64,000 nt of DNA. Source: an uncultured Prevotellaceae bacterium (GTDB taxonomy: Bacteria; Bacteroidota; Bacteroidia; Bacteroidales; Bacteroidaceae). This document shows positions 19,974 to 29,358 of the stretch, piece by piece; within the stretch, counting starts at the first letter, position 1, and every line of letters begins with the position of its first letter. The position numbers and the translations under genes are program-made. A model generated the notes under the pieces. The model was not told where the DNA came from. It worked only from the letters and a program-made list of their open reading frames with translations, and searched no databases. The DNA lies in the NCBI GenBank assembly GCA_902778255.1, contig CACYXD010000006.1:144803-208802 (forward strand). The letters run 5' to 3'.

Positions 19974-20507
19974 CTATTTGAGACATACAGTTTGCCTCAA
20001 CCTCTCATTTCTTTCTTTCCCATCTTTAATATTAAGAATTTCGCAAAGTTCTTTGGCACTTATACAGAGATGATTGGCAACGATAGCCTTTTCATAAAAG
20101 AAATTGAATTTTTCTTTTTCCTGATTCTTGAAACAGGGATCAAGATATGTTGTAGATCTGTGATGACTTAAATTGAAATGATCAATATCAGAAAAATGTA
20201 AAATCAGATATCCTGAAAATATTTTTTTTTGCTTTATATATTTCTCTGTTATAACTATGTTATATATTCCCTTTGAATATAACAGCCTTAAAACTACTAT
20301 GCAGAGAATATAAAGACCAACCATAGGAGTGCCTATATCGATTAGGCCAAAACCATCAATTTGTAATTCTGAAAATTCTAATTGATAATCGGTTAATATG
20401 AAAAAACAACCTATACCGATAATAAGTAGACCAAGAATGGCAAAGATAAGATTCTTTATATCAAGAATAATTTTCCTTGCAGAATGGTAGATGTGTATTT
20501 CCTCCAT
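19974..20507 (-). CDS. AT-rich hypothetical membrane protein with two TM helices
   Basis: 177-aa ORF, two hydrophobic segments, composition unlike the neighbours. Confidence 0.65.
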   Translation of the reverse strand: MEEIHIYHSARKIILDIKNLIFAILGLLIIGIGCFFILTDYQLEFSELQIDGFGLIDIGTPMVGLYILCIVVLRLLYSKGIYNIVITEKYIKQKKIFSGYLILHFSDIDHFNLSHHRSTTYLDPCFKNQEKEKFNFFYEKAIVANHLCISAKELCEILNIKDGKERNERLRQTVCLK

Positions 20508-20543
20508 AATTTAGTTGTTTAGTGACTGTAATATGCGTAAGGA

Positions 20544-20957
20544 TTATACGTATGGAACTTGCGCCAATGCGTCGGCTATCTTTTCTACGCCATCTTGGAT
20601 AGGGCCGCTCACCATAGCTGCCAGCATGAAGGGAATGTCGGCCTTTACGGTGACCTTCATCTTCGAGGTTGTCTCGTTGACGGGGAGTACCTGAATCCAG
20701 AGGTTGAAGGGCATAGGCGATTGCGTGGTCTCAAACTTCACGCACTTAGGCTCTTCACGCTCCACTATCTTCAAGGTGATTTGACCTACAGGATCCACGC
20801 TAATCGTTACAGAGTCCTGGTCGAACGAGAACTCCTTGAGTTTGTCCTGAGGGATGCGGTCGCGTACACGTTCCAGATTGCTCAGGTCACTGATATTGCG
20901 ATAAACAGCCTCCTGTGAATAAGGAATCTGCTTGATGCTACTTTCGAATTTCTTCAT
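20544..20957 (-). CDS. SRPBCC/START-fold protein
   Basis: Typical length and pattern (VYRNISDLSNL...EREEPKCVKF); adjacent to pyrE. Confidence 0.8.
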   Translation of the reverse strand: MKKFESSIKQIPYSQEAVYRNISDLSNLERVRDRIPQDKLKEFSFDQDSVTISVDPVGQITLKIVEREEPKCVKFETTQSPMPFNLWIQVLPVNETTSKMKVTVKADIPFMLAAMVSGPIQDGVEKIADALAQVPYV

Positions 20958-20980
20958 CTTTTTTACATATTACCAGTTTG

Positions 20981-21141
20981 AGACATAGTATCTTTTTTTA
21001 GACACAGTAACATATTAACATGTTTGTTTTTTTAAAGACATAGTAACATGTTAACATATTTTGGAGGAATAGTATAATAACTATTTGTTATTATGTTAAT
21101 GTGTCTTTTATTATTAATGTGTCTTTTTATCGTTACTGTGT
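20981..21141. repeat. Intergenic direct and inverted repeat cluster with GACAC / TTAACAT core
   Basis: 22-mers at 21000-21021 and 21036-21057 match at 20/22; TTAATGTGTCTTTT at 21096 and 21114, roughly inverted relative to them. Confidence 0.75.
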
Positions 21142-21152
21142 ATTCAAAACTA

Positions 21153-21788
21153 TTACTCTGTCTTTCCCCAAACGCTGGGATCCTTTCTCCATTCAGCCAG
21201 TACGGCCTTTTCTTCTTCCTTGATATAGCCTGTCTCGGCAGCCTGCTCCACTACAGCGTTGTAGTCGCTCAAGGTGATAAGTTTTACATTTGCCTCGCGG
21301 AAAGCCTCCTCTGCTACAGGGAAACCATACGTGAACGAAGCAACCATACCGATGACCTCTACACCATATTCGCGCAGAGCAGCTACAGCTTTCAGGGAAC
21401 TGCCACCAGTAGAGATCAGATCCTCTACCACGATAACTTTTGAGCCCTTCTTGATCTCACCTTCAACCTGATTGCCCATGCCGTGATCTTTCGGCTTTGG
21501 ACGAACATAGCAGTAGGGGAGACCTAGCTCCTCGGCAACCAGCGCACCTTGTGCGATAGCACCTGTGGCAACACCAGCCACCGCATCAGCCTCAGGGAAG
21601 TTTTCTTGGATGACATGGCAAAGTTCCAACTTTACAAAAGAGCGCAGACTGGGGTGCCCCAGTGTCTTGCGGTTGTCGGTATAAATAGGTGATTTCCAAC
21701 CGCTGGCCCATGTGAAAGGTTCGTTGGGCTGCAGTTTGATGGCCTTGATGTCCATCAGTTTCTGTGCGAATTGTTTCTTGATATCCAT
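21153..21788 (-). CDS. pyrE: Orotate phosphoribosyltransferase
   Basis: FTWASGWKSPIYTDNR and VVEDLISTGGSS (PRPP loop) motifs. Confidence 0.97.
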   Translation of the reverse strand: MDIKKQFAQKLMDIKAIKLQPNEPFTWASGWKSPIYTDNRKTLGHPSLRSFVKLELCHVIQENFPEADAVAGVATGAIAQGALVAEELGLPYCYVRPKPKDHGMGNQVEGEIKKGSKVIVVEDLISTGGSSLKAVAALREYGVEVIGMVASFTYGFPVAEEAFREANVKLITLSDYNAVVEQAAETGYIKEEEKAVLAEWRKDPSVWGKTE

Positions 21789-21830
21789 AACGCTATGTTG
21801 AATTTTGCGTGCAAAGGTAGTTATTTTTGA

Positions 21831-21870
21831 GGAGTTAATGGAGTTAAAGAAGTTAAAGAAGTTAAAGAAG
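21831..21870. repeat. Nonamer tandem repeat (G[AG]AGTTAA[AT])x4.5 upstream of the pyrE -7 element (21812-21819, minus)
   Basis: Read directly. Confidence 0.9.
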
Positions 21871-21884
21871 GTGTGTTTTGGCTT

Positions 21885-22586
21885 TTAGTCTTTTGTGTAG
21901 CCGATGGAGAGGACGCTGAGCTTGACACCTTCAGCTTTGGCCAGTTCCTGTCCGCAGGCGATGATGGTGGCACCAGTAGTCACAATGTCGTCAATAATCA
22001 GCAGGTGCTTGCCTTTTATCTTGTCTGCATCAATGAGTTGGAAGGCTTCTTTGACGTTCTCGCGGCGTTCCCAGGCGTTTTCCTGATGGGTCTGACTCTG
22101 AGTGAAGTGCTGGCGCTTGACAACCTTGTCGAAGATAGGCAGATGGGTGATATGACTGATGCCTTTTGCTACCTGCATACTCTGGTTGTACCCCCTCTGC
22201 CATTGGCGTTTACGTGTGATGGGGATGGGGACGATGGCATCGATATCATCGAAGAAACCCGTAGGTTGATGTCTCAGGGCTATTTGTTCACCGATATCCT
22301 CACCCAATAGTGACTGTCCGTGGTATTTCAGGTCGTAGATCATCTTGCTCGGATCAGAGTGCGAGCGATAGTAGAACCAGGCTGATGCTTTCTCGATGGG
22401 GAACTGCCCCCAGAAGAGGCGTGCCATCATGTTGTCGTAGGGCGACTCCAGAAAGGGCGTTTTCTCCAACTCATTATCGCAAGCGGCACAGAGCAATGCC
22501 TCTTGGGAATCTAACCTACCTCCGCAGATTGCGCATCGGCGAGGTGCAATCAGGTCCAGCAGACTAGTCCAAAAACTCGTCCTCAT
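21885..22586 (-). CDS. comF: ComF family protein (zinc finger plus phosphoribosyltransferase)
   Basis: CAICGG...CAAC, RQWQRGYNQS and LIIDDIVTTGATI motifs; start taken at MRTSFW. Confidence 0.92.
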   Translation of the reverse strand: MRTSFWTSLLDLIAPRRCAICGGRLDSQEALLCAACDNELEKTPFLESPYDNMMARLFWGQFPIEKASAWFYYRSHSDPSKMIYDLKYHGQSLLGEDIGEQIALRHQPTGFFDDIDAIVPIPITRKRQWQRGYNQSMQVAKGISHITHLPIFDKVVKRQHFTQSQTHQENAWERRENVKEAFQLIDADKIKGKHLLIIDDIVTTGATIIACGQELAKAEGVKLSVLSIGYTKD

Positions 22587-23052
22587 CTTCAACCTCAATA
22601 CATTGTTTGATGATGTCCATGGTGAAACCGCGTCCTATTGCATACTTGATCAGTTTCATCGTGGCCTCGTATTCGCTCTGGGCTTTAATGCTTTTGCGCT
22701 TCTGCTTGAGCATCGGTCGGAGAATCTTCAAGTATTCCTCGTCATCTACCTCATCGAGCAGGGGCTTACTGATGCTATCGTCAATACGTTTCATCCACAG
22801 CGCCTGTTCCACCTTGCGCCGTCCCCATTTGTTGTAGCGTATCTTGTCATAGATAAAAGCCCGAGCAAAGCGCTCGTCATCTACGTATCGTTCTTTTATC
22901 AGACGGTCCATCACTTCTGTCTGTTCTTCTTCGCTCACGCCCCACTGCCGCATCTTTTCCAGCACCTCTTGCTGACAATGTTCGCTGCGGGCGCAGAGGT
23001 CCGTGAGCTTCTGGTAGGCTTGTTGGCCTGTCATTTCCTTTTTTATAAGCAT
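22564..23052 (-). CDS. recX: Regulatory protein RecX
   Basis: LCARSEHC, YVDDERFARAF, KWGRRKVEQAL and AIGRGF motifs. Confidence 0.93.
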   Translation of the reverse strand: MLIKKEMTGQQAYQKLTDLCARSEHCQQEVLEKMRQWGVSEEEQTEVMDRLIKERYVDDERFARAFIYDKIRYNKWGRRKVEQALWMKRIDDSISKPLLDEVDDEEYLKILRPMLKQKRKSIKAQSEYEATMKLIKYAIGRGFTMDIIKQCIEVEDEDEFLD

Positions 23053-23063
23053 AGATATTTATA

Positions 23064-25184
23064 TTAATATCTCTCTACCTTTCGTAATACAGGAGAACAT
23101 TTCTCGCATATAGTCCAAGATGAAGACATTTTTTTTGGTGCCAACACTTTTTCTAATACTGTGCAAGTATGAAAAGGAGTTTTTCCAACTTCTTCTACCT
23201 TCTCTGGCAGTCTGATCCCTTGGAGTGAGATACACCTGAGAAAAGCATAGTCGTCAATCTTTTTTGTGTCATTAGGTAATATGATTGCGCACAATGAAGA
23301 ACAGTCGGCAAACATATGCTTACCTATTACATTCTTTTGACAGGTATAGTTCACCCAGTATGTGTTGTCATCCTTTCTGGTATAGAAAAGGCCATCCTGT
23401 TTAGATCCAATATCTGATTTAAAATGCTTCCATTCCTTTTCTGTCATAGTCTCAAATTTGTATTCCACCGTCCTTCTGTAATTACCATCTTGCTCCCAAT
23501 GAGTCCATCCTCCTGTGGCCTTTTCTGTTAGATATGTAGTCTTGTCGGATGTGATATAAGCATTGGCTAAGTTCAATTTTCTAAGTGAACCGCCATTCCA
23601 ACCAGAAAAAGATGGTGCGTCAAGTGTTCCTGCCATTTTTCGTAGTAGGATAATATCACTACTATAAAGTGGTCCGTTAATTATTAATGATGTAAGATTC
23701 TCTTTTTCCTCAATGCTGAGAACTTGGTCTAGTCTGCAATCCTTGGTGAGTGTTACTTCTTTCTCGAGCATCTCTTTCTGTGGTTCTATTCCGCAGACAA
23801 TCTCTTTGATGAGCAACAGGTTGTTAACCCCTTCAGGTAGTTGGTAGTTCCCCAATTTTAGACGGTAAAAGCCATTGTACGAACCACGCCATCCTAAGTT
23901 ATAATGAAAGAAGCCATCTTTATAGCCATCACAGATAAATGCGTGCCCGTTACAACTAACAATGCAAGGACGGTTGTTGTCTATCTCATAATAAAGTAAT
24001 GATTCGATGTTCTCTTCGTTCAGCAGAGATTCATAATAATAGGATAACTTCCCAGAATACTTAAGATTGTTGCATAGTACGGGCTTGATATTCCTTAAGT
24101 AGGCAGATGTCGCTTCGTTTTTAAACTCAGCATCAATAGCCAGTCCCAGAAATGTTATGAATTTTGCAAGGTTCACCATACCTGGTGTGCTGTCATTTCT
24201 GTTGTATTCCTTTTGGAAGCTGTCCCAAAGAATCTCTGAACTAGAAAAGTCTAGTTTGTAGATTTCTTTGTTTGAGACCTGGTAATATGTATGTGATTGT
24301 CCTTTGTTTGGCCATTTGTGGTAACTTGCAGCCATGGCAGTTGCCAAAGGTACACAGCCTGTAACTGTTTTCTTGCCATCAAGAGTGGGTGAGAATCTGT
24401 TATAAGGTTCATTTTGACCCCACATTTGTTGTCCAAGTAATGGAGCTATGGCTGTATGTTGAGGCTGGTAGGGTTTCTTTGTCTCAATAGCATTAACTCC
24501 TTTCGTTTTTAAAAGTGCTTCAATCTGCTTGTTATAAGGCTCTCTAATATATGCATAGTTTTTGCTTTTCTCGTAATTGAGTCCCATTATGGATTCTGTG
24601 CTATAGGCAAGGACAGGCAAGCCAACGACAGGCCACACATCTTTCTTAGCAACCAAACAGAATCCCTTATTATAAAGATTTTCAAACACCCAGAAGTGCT
24701 TGTTGCGCTCGGTTATGGTGAGACATAAAGAGTCGCTGTCCTTGCCTTGTTTTAATAAGAAATGGTGTGCATATGTCATTTCTTCACCATATACTTTGTT
24801 TTGTTGTATAAAAATGGTCTTCTTTGTTGATTTTACGACTTGATTACCTATGGTTACAGTCATTTCTGGCAACTCAAGATCTCCACAGAGTGATGTGACG
24901 TAAATGGCATTGGCTGTTAATTCGGAATAGGGCATGCCTTTTTTGTGTGAATAACTTACGCTTTTTAGAAAGAACCCTTTGTCCGATATGGGCCTGCTGC
25001 CCGCTTTCCATGAACTGGCTGTAAGTTTGTATGAAACAATGAATGGTTCCCCTTGTGTCACAGTATCGGGAACTTGGGCTATGAAACTTTTTACTTGGCT
25101 TGTTGGACTTGATGCGACAGAGTCGAGTATGCCGATGAACAGCATAAAAATACCCCATAAGATGATTCTTTTGTTCATGTTCAT
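23064..25184 (-). CDS. Secreted C10 (streptopain-like) cysteine peptidase with N-terminal Ig/BatD-like domain and C-terminal BspA-type LRRs
   Basis: Signal peptide; WGQNEPYN, TGCVP (Cys), GHAFICDGY (His) and YNLGW motifs; FADCSSLCAIILPNDTKKIDDYAF repeats; AT-rich. Confidence 0.88.
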   Translation of the reverse strand: MNMNKRIILWGIFMLFIGILDSVASSPTSQVKSFIAQVPDTVTQGEPFIVSYKLTASSWKAGSRPISDKGFFLKSVSYSHKKGMPYSELTANAIYVTSLCGDLELPEMTVTIGNQVVKSTKKTIFIQQNKVYGEEMTYAHHFLLKQGKDSDSLCLTITERNKHFWVFENLYNKGFCLVAKKDVWPVVGLPVLAYSTESIMGLNYEKSKNYAYIREPYNKQIEALLKTKGVNAIETKKPYQPQHTAIAPLLGQQMWGQNEPYNRFSPTLDGKKTVTGCVPLATAMAASYHKWPNKGQSHTYYQVSNKEIYKLDFSSSEILWDSFQKEYNRNDSTPGMVNLAKFITFLGLAIDAEFKNEATSAYLRNIKPVLCNNLKYSGKLSYYYESLLNEENIESLLYYEIDNNRPCIVSCNGHAFICDGYKDGFFHYNLGWRGSYNGFYRLKLGNYQLPEGVNNLLLIKEIVCGIEPQKEMLEKEVTLTKDCRLDQVLSIEEKENLTSLIINGPLYSSDIILLRKMAGTLDAPSFSGWNGGSLRKLNLANAYITSDKTTYLTEKATGGWTHWEQDGNYRRTVEYKFETMTEKEWKHFKSDIGSKQDGLFYTRKDDNTYWVNYTCQKNVIGKHMFADCSSLCAIILPNDTKKIDDYAFLRCISLQGIRLPEKVEEVGKTPFHTCTVLEKVLAPKKMSSSWTICEKCSPVLRKVERY

Positions 25185-25192
25185 TTCCGCTG

Positions 25193-26044
25193 TTAGTTCT
25201 TTATCTGTGACTTTGTGAATCTTTGCTTGCCGAACTGGTCGTTTCTGACCTCGGTATGTGAAAAACCTTCGTCGCTGAGCATCTGTAGCATCTCGTTGAC
25301 ATACAACGGGTTGATCTCGAAATAGAGGGCACCGCTGGGATTTAGAGCCTTTGCGGCATATCGGGCAATGGCGCGATAGAATAGTAGCGGGTCGTCATCG
25401 GGTACGAAGAGTGCCAGTTCTGGCTCGTGTTCCAGTACGTTACGCTCCATCGTTTCGCGCTCCTTATTGCAGATATATGGAGGATTGCTGACGATGAGGT
25501 CAAGACCCACCCCTAGCCCCTCCCTGTAAAGGAGGGGAGTGTTTAGTATATCCACCTTCTCGAATGACACTTGGACATTGGTACGCTTGGCATTCTCGGC
25601 AGCAATGCGCAGAGCATCATCTGAGATGTCCCATGCCATCACCTCTGCGTTGGGCAGTTCTGCTGCCAGCGTGCAGGCGATACATCCACTTCCAGTGCCA
25701 ATGTCGAGGATAGAGACGTTTCTTCCATTTTCCATCTTCCATCTTCCATCAACCATGATCCATCGACATAGCTCGTAGGTCTCTGGTCTTGGGATCAGCA
25801 CGCCAGGCTCCACATGAAAGGTCCTGCCACCGAAGTCCGCCTCACCTAAAATGTACTGAACAGGCTCACCCGTCAGCAGGCGTTGTTGCAAAATTTGCAT
25901 CTCTGCTTCATCACCTGTCTTTCCGCAAACCACGTCCGTCATGGAAAGCCCAAAGCGGACTTCCATCACCAAGCGGGCGACAGCTTTCGCCTCGCCCGCT
26001 TCGTAGATTGTTGTCAGTGGCTTCCAGAATTTTTCAAAGGTCAT
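25193..26044 (-). CDS. prmC: Release factor glutamine methyltransferase PrmC/HemK
   Basis: VLIPRPETYEL, ILDIGTGSGCIA and VSNPPY motifs. Confidence 0.96.
   Translation of the reverse strand: MTFEKFWKPLTTIYEAGEAKAVARLVMEVRFGLSMTDVVCGKTGDEAEMQILQQRLLTGEPVQYILGEADFGGRTFHVEPGVLIPRPETYELCRWIMVDGRWKMENGRNVSILDIGTGSGCIACTLAAELPNAEVMAWDISDDALRIAAENAKRTNVQVSFEKVDILNTPLLYREGLGVGLDLIVSNPPYICNKERETMERNVLEHEPELALFVPDDDPLLFYRAIARYAAKALNPSGALYFEINPLYVNEMLQMLSDEGFSHTEVRNDQFGKQRFTKSQIKN
25503..25542. repeat. REP-like GC hairpin element in frame within prmC
   Basis: CCCCTCC (25517-25523), 7-nt loop, GGAGGGG (25531-25537), preceded by ACCCACCCCTAGC; encodes NTPLLYREGLGVGL. Confidence 0.6.
25723..25764. repeat. 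In-frame heptamer repeat (consensus TTCCATC)x6 within prmC
   Basis: TTCCATT TTCCATC TTCCATC TTCCATC AACCATG ATCCATC = 42 nt = 14 codons. Confidence 0.85.
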
Positions 26045-26061
26045 TTTTCTTGAAAGGATAA

Positions 26062-27513
26062 TTATTCATCCTTTATAGGAGTCAGGCGAATCTCTGCGAT
26101 ACGCATGATTCTGTTATAAGTTCCTTTTCGTATTTCAACATTTGAAGTTCTCATGTCAAATATCAAGTCAGCACCAAAACCATCCATAAGATAACTATCA
26201 ACTACGAATGAGGTAGCCTCTGTAGCAGGAACTATTATCTGAGATTTTTCCCCCGTCTCAGGGTTGAGTGTAAGTACATCTGCGTTTGTTCCAGAATGGC
26301 TTCCAGAACTGGCAGAGATTCTGACTTTAGTAGGTCGAAGACTCACAGAATCCGCATCTGCATCAGTCTCTGGAGCAAAGTTAAACTGTAGTTTATACCG
26401 CACACCTGGCACCGCCTCATTGCTTCTATAGGTTACCCTGTAATTCGTTGTAGCAGTAGTTGGCAAGAAACGAGTATATTTTCCCCCGGGCACGCCCCAT
26501 TTTGCATCAACATCGGTTACGCTATCACAAGTGGCCAGATAAACAGAATCTCTATAGGAAGGATCCCATATCTTGTTGATATCAACCCGATTAAACGGAT
26601 CGATGACAATTTCACGATTGGCCATCCATGTATAGAACTCGTCGGGAATGCGGTTCAGACGGTAGCCTGTGCCATCGTCAAACGTCTCCGAGGTGATGTC
26701 AGCTGAAAGGTCAATGCACTTCCCCTCATCGGTAGCCCGCCATTTGTTCCACAAAGGTTCCATCTGCTGCCAAGTAGGGATGGAAACACTATCAGGAAAA
26801 TGGGCAGCGGCGAAGGCTTCCACGGCCTCTTTTGTTCCTTTGGGCTGAGAATAATAACCGAAATCCTCCATCACGCGCGGTACGCGGAAACTATGCTCAT
26901 CGCCATAGAATACCACATCCTTCTCCTTACCACCTTCACTGACCTTGCCTTCAGCAAAGATGCGGTAATAGTAGGTCTTTCCTTTTTCTAAAGAAGTGAC
27001 GATGCGGTTGGCTATGGTGTCGTTAGCCGTGATGAGCCAATTATTTTGGCCCTCCATAAAAAATAAAGACATCTTTGGGTACATAGCCGCACCAATGATT
27101 ATATATAGTTTACTATACTCTGAAGGACTTGTGACGTACCCTTTCTCCTTGCAGTTATCTACCGTCAATCCCGGCTCGGTACCCAGGATGACACCGTGGT
27201 GTGGGGCAAAATTGCTTGGTATGCGGTCTTCCCAACCGATACCTACTACATATTCTCCCTTTATTTTCCAGACTTCGCCGAGATTCCAGACCGTGCGATA
27301 ACCGATGTCGCTAAACGTTGAAGGAGGGGCACTTTCACTATTCTCATTGGCGACATATTCATAGAATTCTATAGAGGTCTTTTCTTTCACACCATTAGTG
27401 TAGCGCTTGGTGGTGCCATCCTTCATGTGCAGGATGGTTACGTCTTGTGCTGCAGCACCGATTCCGCAGGCCATAAAAGCCACGGCCAATAGTATATTCT
27501 TTGTTTTCATCAT
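26062..27513 (-). CDS. Secreted hypothetical protein with FN3-like segment
   Basis: Signal peptide ending AAA-Q; LEKGKTYYYRIFA...FYGDEHSF is FN3-like. Confidence 0.75.
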   Translation of the reverse strand: MMKTKNILLAVAFMACGIGAAAQDVTILHMKDGTTKRYTNGVKEKTSIEFYEYVANENSESAPPSTFSDIGYRTVWNLGEVWKIKGEYVVGIGWEDRIPSNFAPHHGVILGTEPGLTVDNCKEKGYVTSPSEYSKLYIIIGAAMYPKMSLFFMEGQNNWLITANDTIANRIVTSLEKGKTYYYRIFAEGKVSEGGKEKDVVFYGDEHSFRVPRVMEDFGYYSQPKGTKEAVEAFAAAHFPDSVSIPTWQQMEPLWNKWRATDEGKCIDLSADITSETFDDGTGYRLNRIPDEFYTWMANREIVIDPFNRVDINKIWDPSYRDSVYLATCDSVTDVDAKWGVPGGKYTRFLPTTATTNYRVTYRSNEAVPGVRYKLQFNFAPETDADADSVSLRPTKVRISASSGSHSGTNADVLTLNPETGEKSQIIVPATEATSFVVDSYLMDGFGADLIFDMRTSNVEIRKGTYNRIMRIAEIRLTPIKDE

Positions 27514-27531
27514 TTGTTTCCTCCTACATTT

Positions 27532-29358
27532 TTATTCTTCGGGTATCTCCTGATTATCATATACGAACTTGGGCACCAGCTCAAAATAGTCGAACTGAGC
27601 CTCGACATTGTAAGCAATGCTATCAGGCAGGTTTTCTATGCGCAAGTAGTTGTCGCTCTTGCCGTCAGAAATGATGCGCCCAAGTGGGTATCTCACACAA
27701 TTATTTATATTTGCAAAATTACCACCATTCCCGATTGTACACTCACGCGGACCTCTCATACATTTAGGAAATGTGGCAAAATAGTCGTTTTTAGCCAGCT
27801 CCCTGTAATCGGTAACACGCTGACTCCAGTCTTCGGTTTCTCCGCTCGATGGGTTTGTTCCAGTAAAATTACTTATTTTGTATTTTCCCCATGCGTAATA
27901 ATAGCCACGGTTCTCATAACTACTGAAGAAACTGGAATTCACTAAGAGCTGCTCTCCTGTTTTTAAATCACTCACAAGATATTTCCCGTCATCAGTTTTT
28001 ACAGCAGACAACATCGTCTTGGTCATATACTCGAGAATCTTTGGCTGGAAAGGCGCATCGTAAAAAGATAAGTCTGAACCATAATACACATATCTCATGA
28101 TAAGCGAATCTATTGTCACCTGGCCGTTCAAATAGATTCTGGCAGCGCCTCTACGTTCCTGTGTACAAATTCCCATTCTTACTTCCCATTCGCCTGCAGG
28201 TACGGGCGGCAATTTGATGGTCATGTCATAGTCGCCGAAGACGTTTATCTCATCGCCCTGCCATGACCAGTAATAATAATGTGCCCTGCGAGCTACTAGG
28301 CCGATGTGGTTTCTTGCTGTATCGCCCTTGATATTCTCCATGCCATCCCATTCATAGATGTAATTGCGTCCGTTCTTGGGGTTGGGGCTCTTGTCAGGCT
28401 GAGTCTCGCCGTTTCCGTCTTCCCTCAAATAATTACCACGCAGTTCATCGGCATTATTCATGATATCTGGCGAGAGGGTCTTGAAATCCACACGCCACAG
28501 TTCTGTACTTAGTACCTCTTCCTGGGTCTTCTTGCCGTAGGTCAGAAGGTCGTCAATATGGAAATAGTAGCCATTGAAACACTTATGGTCGAAGCCCTGC
28601 TCGCCATCAGTCAGAATCTTGGCGCCACGTATCTGTTTGCCGTATTTGTCCGCCCCATCTTTCAATCCTCTGCGGTTCAGGTAAAGACCTTTGTCATTGC
28701 CCATCGGATAGCTGCATTTCAATGCGGCATAGGGTATCAGCGTGCGATACCATGCCGACATATCAGCCAGGTTGGTATTTAGCCAGAAAGCACCTTGGGA
28801 TGTGTTATCGTATGCTGTCAGATACCAATAGGGTATGCCGCCTTTTAAGATATGATAGGCCACGAAGCGATTCAGCGAGTTGCGCCGGTCAGTAGAATTG
28901 CTTACAGAAGCATCCTCTGGATAGGCCTCATCATAGACCTGCTTGGCGTAGGCTTTCAACTGGTCCAGATTATTGATACCTTTAGCTGCAAACACAGAAT
29001 CGGTCTCGACAAACACGGTAAACTGCTTAAAACGGTTCTTTCTGTACCATCCCACCTCAGTGTGAACATTTGACTTATACTGATAATATCTACTATCTCC
29101 GTTGTAATTATCGTAAATATATGCCCGCAGACTATCTGCCAGCCCCGTCAGTTGCAGAGCCTGACTGAAGATCGTTGTCTTTGGGTCGTTGGCCAGTCGG
29201 CCTGGCAATAGTGACGCTTCAAACTGATCGTCCGCTTCATAAGTAATCTTCTCTATGTCATTGATGGATATAGGCATATCGTCATTAACGATGATATATT
29301 GTGCTGAGGCTGATGCACTGAGTGCTGCCGCAGCTATTGAGAGTAACATCTTTTTCAT
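27532..29358 (-). CDS. Secreted fasciclin (FAS1) domain protein
   Basis: FTVFVETDSVF (H1), FVAYHIL and NGYYFHIDDLL (H2) FAS1 motifs; signal peptide. Confidence 0.82.
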   Translation of the reverse strand: MKKMLLSIAAAALSASASAQYIIVNDDMPISINDIEKITYEADDQFEASLLPGRLANDPKTTIFSQALQLTGLADSLRAYIYDNYNGDSRYYQYKSNVHTEVGWYRKNRFKQFTVFVETDSVFAAKGINNLDQLKAYAKQVYDEAYPEDASVSNSTDRRNSLNRFVAYHILKGGIPYWYLTAYDNTSQGAFWLNTNLADMSAWYRTLIPYAALKCSYPMGNDKGLYLNRRGLKDGADKYGKQIRGAKILTDGEQGFDHKCFNGYYFHIDDLLTYGKKTQEEVLSTELWRVDFKTLSPDIMNNADELRGNYLREDGNGETQPDKSPNPKNGRNYIYEWDGMENIKGDTARNHIGLVARRAHYYYWSWQGDEINVFGDYDMTIKLPPVPAGEWEVRMGICTQERRGAARIYLNGQVTIDSLIMRYVYYGSDLSFYDAPFQPKILEYMTKTMLSAVKTDDGKYLVSDLKTGEQLLVNSSFFSSYENRGYYYAWGKYKISNFTGTNPSSGETEDWSQRVTDYRELAKNDYFATFPKCMRGPRECTIGNGGNFANINNCVRYPLGRIISDGKSDNYLRIENLPDSIAYNVEAQFDYFELVPKFVYDNQEIPEE

